The notes beneath the pieces were generated by a model, which worked only from the letters and a program-made list of their open reading frames with translations, had not been told where the DNA came from and made no database searches. The translations under genes were made by a program, and so were the position numbers. Shown in pieces: positions 28,259 to 40,209 of a stretch of 64,000 bases of DNA; the stretch's first letter is position 1; every line of letters starts with the position of its first letter. Source of the DNA: Macrostomum hystrix (Eukaryota; Animalia; Platyhelminthes); contig CATNEN010000015.1 in NCBI GenBank assembly GCA_950097015.1, forward strand, positions 496,001-560,000. The letters are read 5' to 3'.

Positions 28259-28901
28259 GGGTAATATATCATCAACCAAACAAGAATATGTATTTTTTAC
28301 TTCAAACCTAAGCTACAGATTTTCTATTTAAGATATGATGATAAATCAAAAGCCAAGTTATAGAAAACAGTTACATCTTTCTAAAAATAGCAATCTGCTT
28401 TTGCTATTTTATCAAATAGAAAAATGATATTCCTGCTTTTTATCTAAAACCGAACAATGATTTTCATGTATCTTCAAACCAAACAGAGAATTTGATGTTT
28501 GGTTTTACAATTTGAGTGAGTGGTTTAATCTTATTTTAAGGAGTGAACTATCATGAACTATGTAATTTGAAAGAATTTTTCATGCTCTATAAATAACTAC
28601 GTTTATGGTCATTTAATTGGCAAGCAACCACATACAATCTTTGTCTAAAGTATATACTAAGAAAATGTTGTTAAAAAGTATGCTTTTGCAATAAATATTT
28701 TTACTGAAACATCAATATCTTTCTTTTCTCTTAATGCTTCATTGCACATCATGCCTCAGCTTGTAGATAATTTCTTCAACTTTCAAATTAGTTGTTCTGT
28801 GAAAAATAATAGCTTGTTTCTGTCTTGCACAAGACCAAGGAAGAAGTCAAAATTTTTGTTCGGTTTTGAAGATGCACTGTTCGGTTGATGATATATTGCC
28901 C
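28259..28901. mobile_element. MITE-like element, ~643 bp, ~24-bp TIRs, flanked by TA
   Basis: GGGTAATATATCATCAACCAAACA at the left end; TGTTCGGTTGATGATATATTGCCC at the right end; TA on both sides. Confidence 0.65.
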
Positions 28902-29581
28902 TAGAGATGTTCTAATTTTCTTTTAGCTAGCCTAGCTTTCAGCACATTGCTAAGAAACAATTTGAGCAGGCAAGAAAACTCATTTTATTTAGCAGATTTT
29001 AGGTAAGCACACAAAACCATGGGGATGCACACTATTCTGGTGACATGAGTTGGCAAAAGGTGAGATGAGATTCTCTAGCCTTTTTAAAGAGAGAAATATT
29101 TGTTCTGATAGATATTGTTAGCATTAGGCCTAAAGAATTTTTTATTTTTATAAAGCAGAAAAAATCATTATGTTAAAAAAGTTAAGTCTTAGAATCTTAA
29201 AAATATATAAAAAGAAAATATAGATAGATTGTTTTTAACTTTAAATGTTTTAGAAAAAAATTATTTATTAAATGAAAATTTAATTTTATAAAAAAATAAA
29301 AATACATTTTTTGCTAAAGCTGACACTTTCTACACAATGTATTCTCAAATTTGCCATTACTTACCAACTCTAGTTCACTAAATATAGCATTGTATATTAA
29401 TTCATAGGACATTGTGCTATTTATATAGATTTTAAATTCGCACTAGAGTCATAACAACATGACAAAATTGTTTTTAAAAAGCTTTGAGTTAACAAAATTG
29501 CTTTAATTGATTATTATTAAGATTATTAAGCATGACTTTCAAACTTCAGAGTCCCTGAGGTACAATTGGTCATCAGAAGTC

Positions 29582-30864
29582 ATGCAGCTGCTATGGCGCC
29601 ACCTGTGCAGGTGTCGCACTAAGCAGCGCTGTCTAGCTGGCACAATTGTCCTATTGCTGATCTGGGCTGCAATCTGCTGGCTGGACATTCTGACTGAGGA
29701 GGGCGACGGATTTCCTCATGCAGAGTTCGCCGCCCACTGGAACTCATCGCCACACTGCACTGGGTGGTCGGCCAGAGCTACACGGCGCATCCACCTAATG
29801 TACCAATCTGAGCACATTCCAGCAGTCTTTGCCGCCTATGTCAGGTCGTGGGTCCGCGATTATCCACACTTTCAGCTGCACTTCTGGACAGACGCTGGCA
29901 TCGATAGATTTCTGTTGGACCAGTTTGGACCTCACATGCTCGATTTCTTTCGGAATCGATTGGCTCACGGAGTTGAGCGCTCTGATGTTGCCCGACTGCT
30001 CATACTCAACCACTTTGGCGGCCTGTATGTGGACTTGGACGTCATGTCGCTGCGATCTGCCGAGATGATTTTCGAGAAATATGGATTAGTGTTCACTGAG
30101 GAGCCTCGGGTGAGGGACCTGTAGCTTCAGCTGCAATACCTGTGTCTGATAGTGAAGCTGTGTGACCTGTGTCTGATAGTGAAGCTGTGTGACCTGTGTC
30201 TGATAGTGAAGCTGTGTGACCTGTGTCTGCTCCGCTACGATTAGGAAACTTTTGTCTGCTTACTCATCCAATCCTGAGCTACTCAAGCCATAGATTTCTT
30301 TAAGTTCAGCCTTCGCCGTCACTCCCACAGCCGCACGCCATCTTTCTGTACAACCAGCCCAGTCTGATCAGCAATGCAGTGGTGTACTCGAGTCCGTGTC
30401 ACATTTTCTGGCTCTACTACTTTCGCCAGTTTCCAGTCCGGCTGCAGACCGGCTTCGGTGGCGCGCTGAGCCGCTCGCGCCGCAACTGGCAGCGCCACCT
30501 GGCGGTGTTTGCCACGGGCCCCATTGCGCTGGACTCTATCGCCAAGTCTTTCCTAGCCATCGCTGGTCCATCGCTGGCTTCCAGCATCCTGGTGGCTCCG
30601 CCGGAGCTGTTCCAGCCCGTGTTCGACGCCAAGTCGCCTGGACTGTCCGGCCTGCGCTGGAGTTGCCGCCTGCCGCTTCTGCTGAGCGGCCTGCAGATGG
30701 GACATTGCGTCCAGTTCCTGCAGCGACCGCACAGCTTTGCCAATACTTCTCAGGCTGAAGTGGCCTTCGCCAAGCACGACTTTCTGCACCTGGGCTATCA
30801 CAAGGCCAGGGCTGTGACTGTGATGGTGAAGGAAATTGCTCCCGAAGCCAGGCTGCACAGCTGA
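29582..30864 (+). CDS. DxD glycosyltransferase, GT32 (OCH1/SUR1/A4GALT-like), type II membrane, ~353 aa; exons 29582-30109, 30331-30864
   Basis: N-terminal TM (LAGTIVLLLIWAAICWL), IHLMY, FWTD, RSDVARLLILNHFGGLYVDLD. A phase-0 intron joins EEPR|PHAIFLYNQPSLISNAVVYS. Confidence 0.85.
30138..30228. repeat. Minisatellite, 27-bp unit x ~3 (GT32 intron)
   Basis: CCTGTGTCTGATAGTGAAGCTGTGTGA in tandem. Confidence 0.9.
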
Positions 30865-30919
30865 CCTCGCGAAAGCATTTTTTGCTGTCTTTTAGTTCAG
30901 CTTGTCTACTGTAGGAACT

Positions 30920-31217
30920 ATAATAATTGATTACACCTGCCCCAATTGGGCCAGATGTGCAGCCGACAGCACAGCCGCAGCTGTTGCCCGGCGCATCTGA
31001 AGACTGCGTATGGTTGTTCAGTCCATGGACTGGGGGGACGCCACACCCACCCTCAATTACCCCAGCTGATGCTGGTACCCATTTCACAGCTGGGTGAACT
31101 AAAGCAATTCAGAGTTAAGTGTCTTGCAAATGAACACAAATTCGTCCAGTGGAGTCGGGAATCGAACCCCAGACCTTCACGTCGTGAGTCCGACGCACTT
31201 GCCACAAGGCTACAACC
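30920..31217 (-). mobile_element. SINE family 1, copy B
   Basis: Reverse complement reads GGTTGTAGCCTTGTGG...GGTTCGATTCCCG...CAAGACACTTAACTCTGAA and is colinear with the copy at 6970. Confidence 0.78.
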
Positions 31218-31949
31218 TTTTGGATATGCATGTATATATAGTCCCAATTAGCCTAAGGTTCTGTGTATTTTTACGTGTTACACAAGTAGACGAACGTCCT
31301 ATATCAGGGACGATTTGAGTAATAAAATAGGCTAGTACATGTAAATACGTATTTTAATATGTGATTCCGTGATTCCGTTGTAGATATATTTATCTTAACC
31401 TGCTGGAACCCCAAGTTCGATAAACAAATGGCGTCCATACAGTTTACGATTTGTTAGTATTGAATCTCTTCTTCTGCTGCTGCTTTGCTGTGCTCAGTTC
31501 ATGCTTTAGTGAATAAATACATATCTGCTTTGCTGTGATGAATTTAGTGATATCGATCGATAATCTCGTAGATCTACTTGATAAGCGACTTGATCAAGTA
31601 TCTGAGTTGTCAGAGTCACGAGCTGGAAATCAACACCTAGAAGACACCTAGGCTTCTGGCATGTTAGCTTAGGTTACCCTTATAACCCATTGCCAAGGGT
31701 TCAAATCGATTACTTCTACAGTGACAACTTTCACACGAAAACAAATGGAACCGCAGATACTCACGCCATAGAAGCATTGATTGTCTATGGTCGAAACAGG
31801 CAGGAAAGCCAATAAGCCGGGCATTAATCATATGTCATTACCATAAAGTGGCATTTCGATCAATGCTGTTTTGTGCAACCGTCATAGGAAAAAATGTTCT
31901 CAGTGGTTCTGAGGAGCTCTTTTAATCTGGGACCCTGGGATCGAAGCTT

Positions 31950-32275
31950 TTATGAAAATAATAATTGCAGGAGGGCTGCGGGCAATGCCGCATCATTTGG
32001 TGACACTAAACCCGCAGCCAGCGAGGAGGCAATTCTGCCCATTTCGCTGACTCCTGAGCCCACACGCACACAGATACCGTACTCAGGCACACGCTCACAC
32101 AGGTGTGTACATCTGCCCTGACTTTCTCATCGTCAGCAGTGTATACTTCACTGTGCATTGGAGGTTGGCCCTCAAGGGCGTAAATTGCTCGACAAGCCCC
32201 CAAGCCTTCTCTCCGCGGCTGCGCCCCGAATGAATGTGGCCTCGCCGTGGAATCGAACTTAGGGTCCGTGGTGCG
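31950..32275 (-). mobile_element. SINE family 2, copy
   Basis: Reverse complement has a perfect box B (GTTCGATTCC), the shared body and an ATT tail. Confidence 0.75.
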
Positions 32276-32837
32276 AGTTGATAAGAACTGGCCCCTGATC
32301 TTAATTATGCTAGTGACTGGCTATTTAAAATTCCTAAGCACTAACTCGTGTTGAATAATTTTAAATAGACTTGAAGCGAAGGCATTTACTGGCCTTATGT
32401 TGATGCGGTAGCCGCTGGCCAAAGAACTTTATAGCGGCCTCTATAAGAAAGATTGAGCCAGAGAATTGTGCCGTGCTGCAATCTAACTGTATCCAAGTGT
32501 GCTAAGAAATATTCTAGTAGGGGCCTGTCCTCTCTGCCCGCCATTCTTCTGGCCTTAATTTTCTGAGACTGACTAGTTCAAAGGGCCGGGCAGATACGGT
32601 CCCAAATGATGCGCAGCCATTCGCTCGAAGCTGACTAAAACGGACGGCGGGCAGTTTTTTATACCGTGTAAGGAATCCGGGAGTCAAGTCTTGTGTGCTT
32701 CGCGTACTGCTCCGAATTGTACTCGTCCGAATAAAAAAACCTAAAAGGCATTTTTATCTTTTGGCTGTGCAGTCAATTATATGGTCTGCTCCTGCACACA
32801 GTCTTAAACAACTCAGCCAAAGAGCAGATTCGAGACA

Positions 32838-35800
32838 ATGTCTGCCTTTGAGGCGCTAGAGTACTACCGTCGCTACAAACTGGAAGATGACGAGATCGAG
32901 CTAGACTCTTACCTGCTGGACGAGGAGAACCTGGCTGAGAAGATCGGCTCGGGATTCTACCCGAGTCCCGCAGTGCTAGCAGGTCTGCAGCGCTGCCAGG
33001 GTCAGGCGCCGAGAGACCCGGACGCCAAGGATGTGAGGCCGTTTCCGTCGCGCAGGCTCAAGAGGGAGATATTTGACCAAGCCAAGTACACCGAGAAGGA
33101 CTTGTATGTGAAGTCGTTGCTGCCGCAGCCGGCCGAGTCGGGCGCGGACTTTGCGGCGAGGCTCTATCAGCAGTGCAACTCGAATCTGGACTTCGTCAGG
33201 GCAACCTTCTGCTTCGTGTGCAGCGTGCCGGCGCACGAGCTGGCCGAGGTGCCGGGCGAGTCCGAGTTCTACACCCAGGTCAGAAACATGCACCGGAATA
33301 GCGACGAGGCCAGCGTTTTCGACTGCCTCATCGGGTAAGAGGAGCATCTTTCTTGCAGGTGCTAAATCAGAAATTACCGTGAAAGTCAAGTATTTACTTG
33401 AAACTGTTGCCTACTATTACCTGGTATTACTATTGATCCTATTCTATGCGCAATACAGGCTAACCGTAGCGCATACAGCGTGTTAAGCATTCCTTTGTCA
33501 ATCTTTTATATTAGGTACCAGTAGGCTTCTTCTTCTACCTTTAACGTGTCTTAAAAAACGTTATCTTTCAAAGAAAATGACAGGGGGTCGTGTGGGCAGA
33601 GCGGCTAACGCGTTTGCCTTTCGCACCAATGTCCCTAAGCTCGATTCCGCGGCGAGGCCACATTTATTTGGGGCGCAGAGAAGGCTTGGGGTCTTGTCGT
33701 GCAATTTACGCCCTTTAGGGCTAACTTCCCTCTCGATGAGAAAGTCAGGGCTTGACTTACTTTGACTTAGCTGCAGGGGGGTCCATGGACGCAGCGGGGA
33801 GGCGAGGGTCGCCCATACCGCTAACCCCTGTAGGCCCGCAGACAGGCAAGGGCGCGGGGCCGGTCAGGGTGGTCTGCCGGTCCGTCCTGCAGCGTTGTCT
33901 TCCGTGGGGAAGAAAGTGGCTCGTCTTGTTGCACGAAGGAACTGGACGAGCCGTGGAATGCTGTCGGGCTGGCAGATCTCGTCCATGGACGGGTTGGGCC
34001 CGAGGTAGCGAAGCCGGTCTCTGTTAAAGAAAGGGCAGTGACACACAAAGTGCTCAGCATCTTCGGTGTCATACTCACAGAATGGGCAGAGTTCACTCTC
34101 AAGGTCACCCCGGAGGAAACAGTGCCTAGCGAGGTAGCCGTGGCCCGTGAGGGTCATGGCGAGGGCGCGGATATCCTTCCGGTTTTGGTTCAAAAGGATG
34201 CTCCTGAGCCTGCGAGACGGGCGCGGAACTGCGGCACGGGATTGCCGACAGTTCTGGGTGCCCGCCCATCTGTCCCTGTGCAGGGATTCAGCCCAGTCAT
34301 CAATAAGGCGATTGATGACCGTGATGGGGATCGGGACCAGGGGAGCAGGTCCCAGGAGAGAGCCTGAGCCACCTTGCTTGGCAAGGGTATCCGCAAGCTC
34401 GTTCCCTGGGAAGCCCGCATGCCCTGGGATCCAGCTCAGCTTGACCGTGTTGTTACTGGCCAGGAGGTTGAGTTGCCGGGCACAGTCAGCGACTGTCCGG
34501 GAGCACGTGGTGGTGCTGCAAAGGGCTTGTAAGGCCGCTTGGCTGTCAGAGTGGATGATGATGGTCTCTCCTCTCGTATTCCTGGCATTCAGCTCTGCGG
34601 CACAAGAGCTGATGGCAAGGATCTCATTCTGGAAGACCGTGGAGAGTCTCCCAGTATGTTGGGCATGCGTGGCGACGACGCGGCCGTTGATCAGGATGCA
34701 GACCCCAAAGCCGGCAAGGCCGTCTTTTAGGGATCCGTCCGTGTAGCAGTGGACCTCCTGGTGGTTCCAGTGGTCGTTAGCGTCATCCCTCGAGGGAATG
34801 ATGATTTTGTAGCGCTGGGTGAGATTGAGAGTGCGTGGTTCGCCGTCAGATAAGACGTGGAGTCCGCCGCCATCTTTCAAGTCACGAAGGCACAGATCGG
34901 TGTGAGGCAGAAGTTTGCGTTTTGCCATTGCTCTTTGCGGCGTGAAGCGGACGCCGGCGTCAATGAGCCGACGCGCTGTTTTGGCGGCTTCCCTGCGGAC
35001 AAAAATGTCCAGCGGGGTAGCGTCGAGGAAGGCATTGAGGCCGTCGTAAGGAGCAGACGGTGGGGCACTCATGGTCATGCGACAAGCGCGCCCTTGCGTT
35101 TTCCTAAGTGCCTCCAGGCAGGTCTTCATCTGCAGGGCACTGGCCCAGATCAAGCTGCCGTACGAGACAGCTGGCCTGACCATTGCAGTATAGATCCACC
35201 AGAGGCGCTTGGGGGTGAGCCCCCAGGTGGTGCCAACGGCCCTCCGCAGCTGCGCGAGGATCGCGAGGGCCCTCTTGGTTTTGGTTTGAACATGGGGAGA
35301 CCAGTTCAGCCTATGGTCCAAGGTGATCCCTAGGCATTTGGTTTGCTTACAGAAGGAAATTTCCTTACCGTAAAGCCTAAGCGGCTGTATCTGCCACTTG
35401 TTTCTGCTGGTGAACATGATCACTGCAGTCTTGGTCTCGGAGAGCTTCAGACCACAGCGACCCGCCCATTGTTCAGCAGAGTGGATGAATTTCTGAAGGA
35501 GGTCCCTGAGAGTGTCAGGGGATGGGCCAGACGCCACAGCAGTGACATCGTCCGCATACCCCACCTTCAGGATTGGGTCAGGACGGTCGTCACGGAGGAG
35601 CTCGTCAATGACCATGTTCCAGAGAATAGGAGAGAGGACCCCTCCCTGCGGGCTCCCTTTGCGGACGGGGACCGTCCGTTGGTGGCCCAGCAGGTTGGCA
35701 GTGACCGTGCGATGACTGATCATATACATGATCCATCTGGTGAGGGACGAGTGAGTGTGCCTCTCGTAAAGGGCTTTGCGGAACGCTTCGAAGAGGACGT

Positions 35801-38800
35801 TGTCAAAGGCACCATCAATGTCTAGGAAGACGCTTAAGGCGAAGCCGGTGCCAAGCACAGCTTTCTCCAATTTGTCGACCAGAACGTGCAGCGCGCTTTC
35901 GGTGGAGCGACCCGCCCGAAAAGCATGCTGGTTGTCGCTGAGCGGCGCGTTCTTCAGTTCCACTGAGAGAAGGCGCCACAGCACTAGTCTCTCCATCAGC
36001 TTGACCAGGAAGGTGGTTAGGCTGATTGGTCTGAAGGATTTTATAGACTGGTAGTCCGGGCGGCCTGGCTTCGGGATAAAAATCACCTTCGCCTCGGTCC
36101 ATGCCTGCGGGACGTACCCGAGCGTGATGCAGGCTCGATAGAGGTTGCAAAGAGAGCGCAGGAAACCTGGGCATTTAACCGCCTCTCTAAGAAAGGCAGG
36201 TACGATGCCATCAGGCCCTGGAGCCTTGAAAGGCTTGAAGGAGGTGGCCGCTTTAGCGATACGGTCCTCCGTGATGATAGAGGCAGCCAGCATCTGGCCT
36301 CCCTCAGTGTGGTCTGAGGTGGTCAGGTTGGTTGGTTCGTTGGGGAAGAAGGCAGAGAGCATGACCTCAAGCGTTTCTCCTGGGTTGTCAGTTGACGTGC
36401 CGTCGGTTCGCTTAACCGAGGAGAGCTTGGACATTTTGTCTAGCGTAAGTGCTTTGACAATTCTGGAGGTGGGGCGTGAGCCCTCTAGCTCCTCGCAGTA
36501 TTGGCGCCACTTCTGGGCCTTGGCAGTCCTGATCTCCCTCTTGAACTCATGGATGGCTTCAAGGTAGGCGGTCTGGTCTGCAGGGCTCCTGGTTTTGTTC
36601 GCTCTGCGGTGTAATCTCTTCGCTCTGCGACGGAGGTCGCCGAGCTGAGGATTCCACCACGGCGCAGATGTCTTCCCTTTGTAGGCTTTTAGGGGACAGG
36701 CAGCCTCGAAGGCGGCGGTTAGCGTTTCTGTTAAAACAGTCGCGCACTCGTCCGCCTCTCGGCACGTCGAAATAGTGGGTGGTTGGCCCGAAGACCGATG
36801 GGTCGTCTCCAAGGCATGCCTGAAGGCTTCCCAATCAGTATTTCTGGCGTTCCGTCTCCACGTGATGTGGTTTAGGCTGCGAGCGCTCGCCACACGAAAG
36901 TGAATGAACTTATGGTCAGAGAGGGACGGCACCGGGAGCACGCGCCACACCCCAATACTCTGAAAGAGCTTGGGTGAAGCGAGCGTGGCGTCAATCACCT
37001 CTGACCAGCGTCCATTGTCGAAAGTAGGCGTAGACCCAGAGTTACAGAACTCCAGGGTCGTAGAGGTAACATAGGACAGGAGGTCTTCGCCTCTCTGGTT
37101 TATCCCTGTGCTGCCCCAGTGGGTATGGTGGGCGTTGATGTCGCCGGCGACCATCAGCTCATAATTCCTGGCAGAGCAGAGTTCGACCAGGGTGGTGAGC
37201 GTCCGGGGGACGACCGCTACGTCACCTGGTAGGTAAACCGAGGCAACGAGGGTGGTTCTCCCAGGCAGCAGATCCTCAGATTGAATGACGCAGATATCCC
37301 CGTTAGACAGGTCGGGTCTGAGCCAAGCACCGAGGGTTTTGGCCCCGAAGATACAGGCTCTAGGTGGCCGGTTCGCCTCGCGGGGGCTAACGCAGAAGCA
37401 GTTGTACCCAGAGGGCACGTTTTGGGGCTTACCTTTGGAGGTCCACGGCTCCTGGACTAGGATGAGACCCGGCTTGTCGAGCTCGGCTTGACGCATCAGG
37501 TTAGCCGAAGCTGCGACGCTGTGTTGCAGATTAATCTGCAGGCAGCTAATTCCTGGACTGCTGATCATGGCCGCGCAGTCGGGGAGTCGCGTAGCAATTC
37601 CTCCTCTTCCTTTTCGGAGATGGAAGGCTCGCAAAGCTCCATGGGAATCTCGGCGTCCCCGGCGGTCAGGGTGGCTGAGGAGCCCTCAGCGGGCATTTGC
37701 CCAGCAAGAGTGTCTCCCTCGCCGTCCCTTTGCGTCGTGACGCCGATACTGCCCAGGCTCGCCTCGTCGGTCAGGTCAACGTGGATGGCGCGATCCGCCT
37801 GGTGAGTGCTAGCCTCAAACCAGTCAGTCGGCGCCTCTCCTCGTCGCTCCTGCCCCACTGGCTGCTTCGGTGGAGCGTTCGATGTGTGGGCCCGCTCAAG
37901 GTGCGCCCTGAGAGTCCTGGCTTGTTCCAGCGCACGCTGGACCAGCCCAGATCTCCGGGTGGACCTGGCAGGCCTGCGGTCGCGAGGTCCGGATTCGGCA
38001 GCGCGGGCTGCTTTACCGGGGTGGGGATCCACCGTTTGCCTCTGCTTCTTCGCCGGAGGAGCTTGCGCCCCGGATCCGGACTCAGGAGCTTTGGCTTTTT
38101 TGGCTTCGCCAGCTTTCCTCTCCTCGCAGCGGAGGATGGTCAGCTGAGTTAGACCAAGGTGAATGATGGACTTTGGCGGCAAGCGCTTCGTCCACGCATC
38201 CGAGAGCCCCAGGATCACCGTGAACCCCGTCTCCTTGCGGGAGGAGGCATGGTGGAGGAGCCCGTTGGCCTCAAGGTCGGGGTGCAGCTTCAGCAGAATC
38301 TGCCTAAGCTGATCCCCAGATTTGATGGCACTGCCATTCGGAATCCAAACGCGGAAGCGTTCGGTTTTAATGCGTTGGCCTTCGCTGGCGAAGGTGAGTT
38401 TGCCGAGCTTCTTGGGCCATTTTAGCTGTGGCAGAAGCTCGCGTAGAGCTCGGCTGCTTTCCTCGGAGTTGCACCAGATGAAGATGCAGCCGTCCGTTTT
38501 GGCCGATTTGACCACGCTCACCGGGCGGCCTGCCAGGAGCTGGTCAATGAGCGCAGCGTCGATGATGCGCCATACACTGTCGAGCTGCTCGGCCGTGAGG
38601 TCTTGCTCTTCCCCAAAAACGATGACCGCGGGTTGGAGCATGGCACTGGCCTTGGAGGCGTAGGACTCCTTGGCCTTGGTAGATGGTTGGCTGGCCGGGG
38701 CCTCGCTCGCCATCGTTGCATGTGTGGCGGCTCCAGATGGCCCAGCCACGTTGCCGGTGTTTGAGTTGCTGGTGGGCTCAGCGGGTGGTGACCCCGCGGA

Positions 38801-40168
38801 GGCGGTTTCCCGAGGGGCTGAGGTGGCGGTGGCTCCTTTCGGCCCAACCGCTCCTACGCCCACTTGAGGCACCACCTCCGCGGATTGCCGAACCGCGGCC
38901 TCCCTCTCTCGCTGTCGCCGACGCCGTTCGTTGCGGCGTTGGTTGCGGCCTTGACGGGCTTCCTTGGACCGGATGCCTGGGGGTCCGGGGACAGGTCCAC
39001 CGTCAGGCAGGGCGGAAGCGGGTCCGGTAGCCTCCGGTGGGGCGACGTTGGCGCTGTTGGAAGCGGCCGGAGCAACTGGGGGGTTTCCAGTTTCACTATC
39101 TTTAAAAGATTGAGCAGAAGAAGCCATTGCTGAAAGCGGGAGGAGGGTGAGAGGTGACTCACAAGAAAAGAGAAGAGAATAAAAAGAAACCGCTAAAGAC
39201 CGGACTACTCCCCGGCCAAGCGCCCTTCGGCACGGCGAGACCTTGGGCCTTAGAGGGCGGCAGAAAGCAGCGCCAGACCCGCAGTTAACCTGCGTACCCT
39301 GTTAAGGTCGAAGGGTGACACCTTTCCCTCAGAGCCGTAGCCAGAGGTACCTGATCACGCACAGGTGCACGAACGCTGCGGACTGGCCGCATACCCTGTT
39401 AAGGTCGAAGGGTGACACCTTTCCCTCAGAGCCGTAGCCAGAGGTACCTGATCACGCACAGGTGCACGAACGCTGCGGACTGGCCGCATACCCTGTTAAG
39501 GTCGAAGGGTGACACCTTTCCCTCAGAGCCGTAGCCAGAGGTACCTGATCACGCACAGGTGCACGAACGCTGCGGACTGGCCGCATACCCTGTTAAGGTC
39601 GAAGGGTGACACCTTTCCCTCAGAGCCGTAGCCAGAGGTACCTGATCACGCACAGGTGCACGAACGCTGCGGACTGGCCGCATACCCTGTTAAGGTCGAA
39701 GGGTGACACCTTTCCCTCCAGCCGGGGCTAGAGGTACCCAGTTTGGCCAGAGGCCCTGGATGGGTCATCCAGTGCTGTTGCCCATTCTGTCCGGCAGCCC
39801 TAGGGTCAGCCTTGAACACTCGCGGGACGTGTACCCATGGGTCAGCTGACGGGACAGCGTGGAGGGATTCCTGCACCCGAAGGCACAGGGCTCCCTCCTG
39901 CCAGGCCTGCTCAAAAAGCGACTGCAGGTGTGAGGCATCGCAGACCTTAGCCCGTGGGCCTGGTCTGACTCATACCTCACAGGCGCTGTGTCCCGCCGGT
40001 GCGAGCGAAAGTCAGGGCAGATGTACACACATGTGTGAGCGTGTGCCTGCGTACGGTATCTGAGTGCGTGTGTGCTCAGGAGTCAGCGAGATGGGCAAAA
40101 TTGCCTCCTCGCTGGCTGCGGGTCTAGTGTCACTAAATGATGTGCCATTGCCCGCAGATCCAATTATT

Positions 40169-40209
<41 letters not shown>

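Larger units (their letters stand above)
33752..40006 (-). mobile_element. Full-length non-LTR retrotransposon (LOA/Lian-like, I superfamily), 6255 bp, 12-bp TSD GAAAGTCAGGGC
   Basis: TSD at 33740-33751 and 40007-40018; two intact ORFs; 3' tail AAGTCAAAGTAAGTCAA; tandem 97-bp units in the 5' UTR. The clade assignment comes from APE+RT+RNase H+CCHC architecture and motif recall. Confidence 0.9.

Noticed and set aside
39720-40006. HDV-like ribozyme at the LINE 5' end
   Set aside because: An L3-like TCCACGCT is present, but its flanks cannot form P3, and the CAGACC/GGTCTG stem does not enclose P3/P1. No complete fold found by eye.
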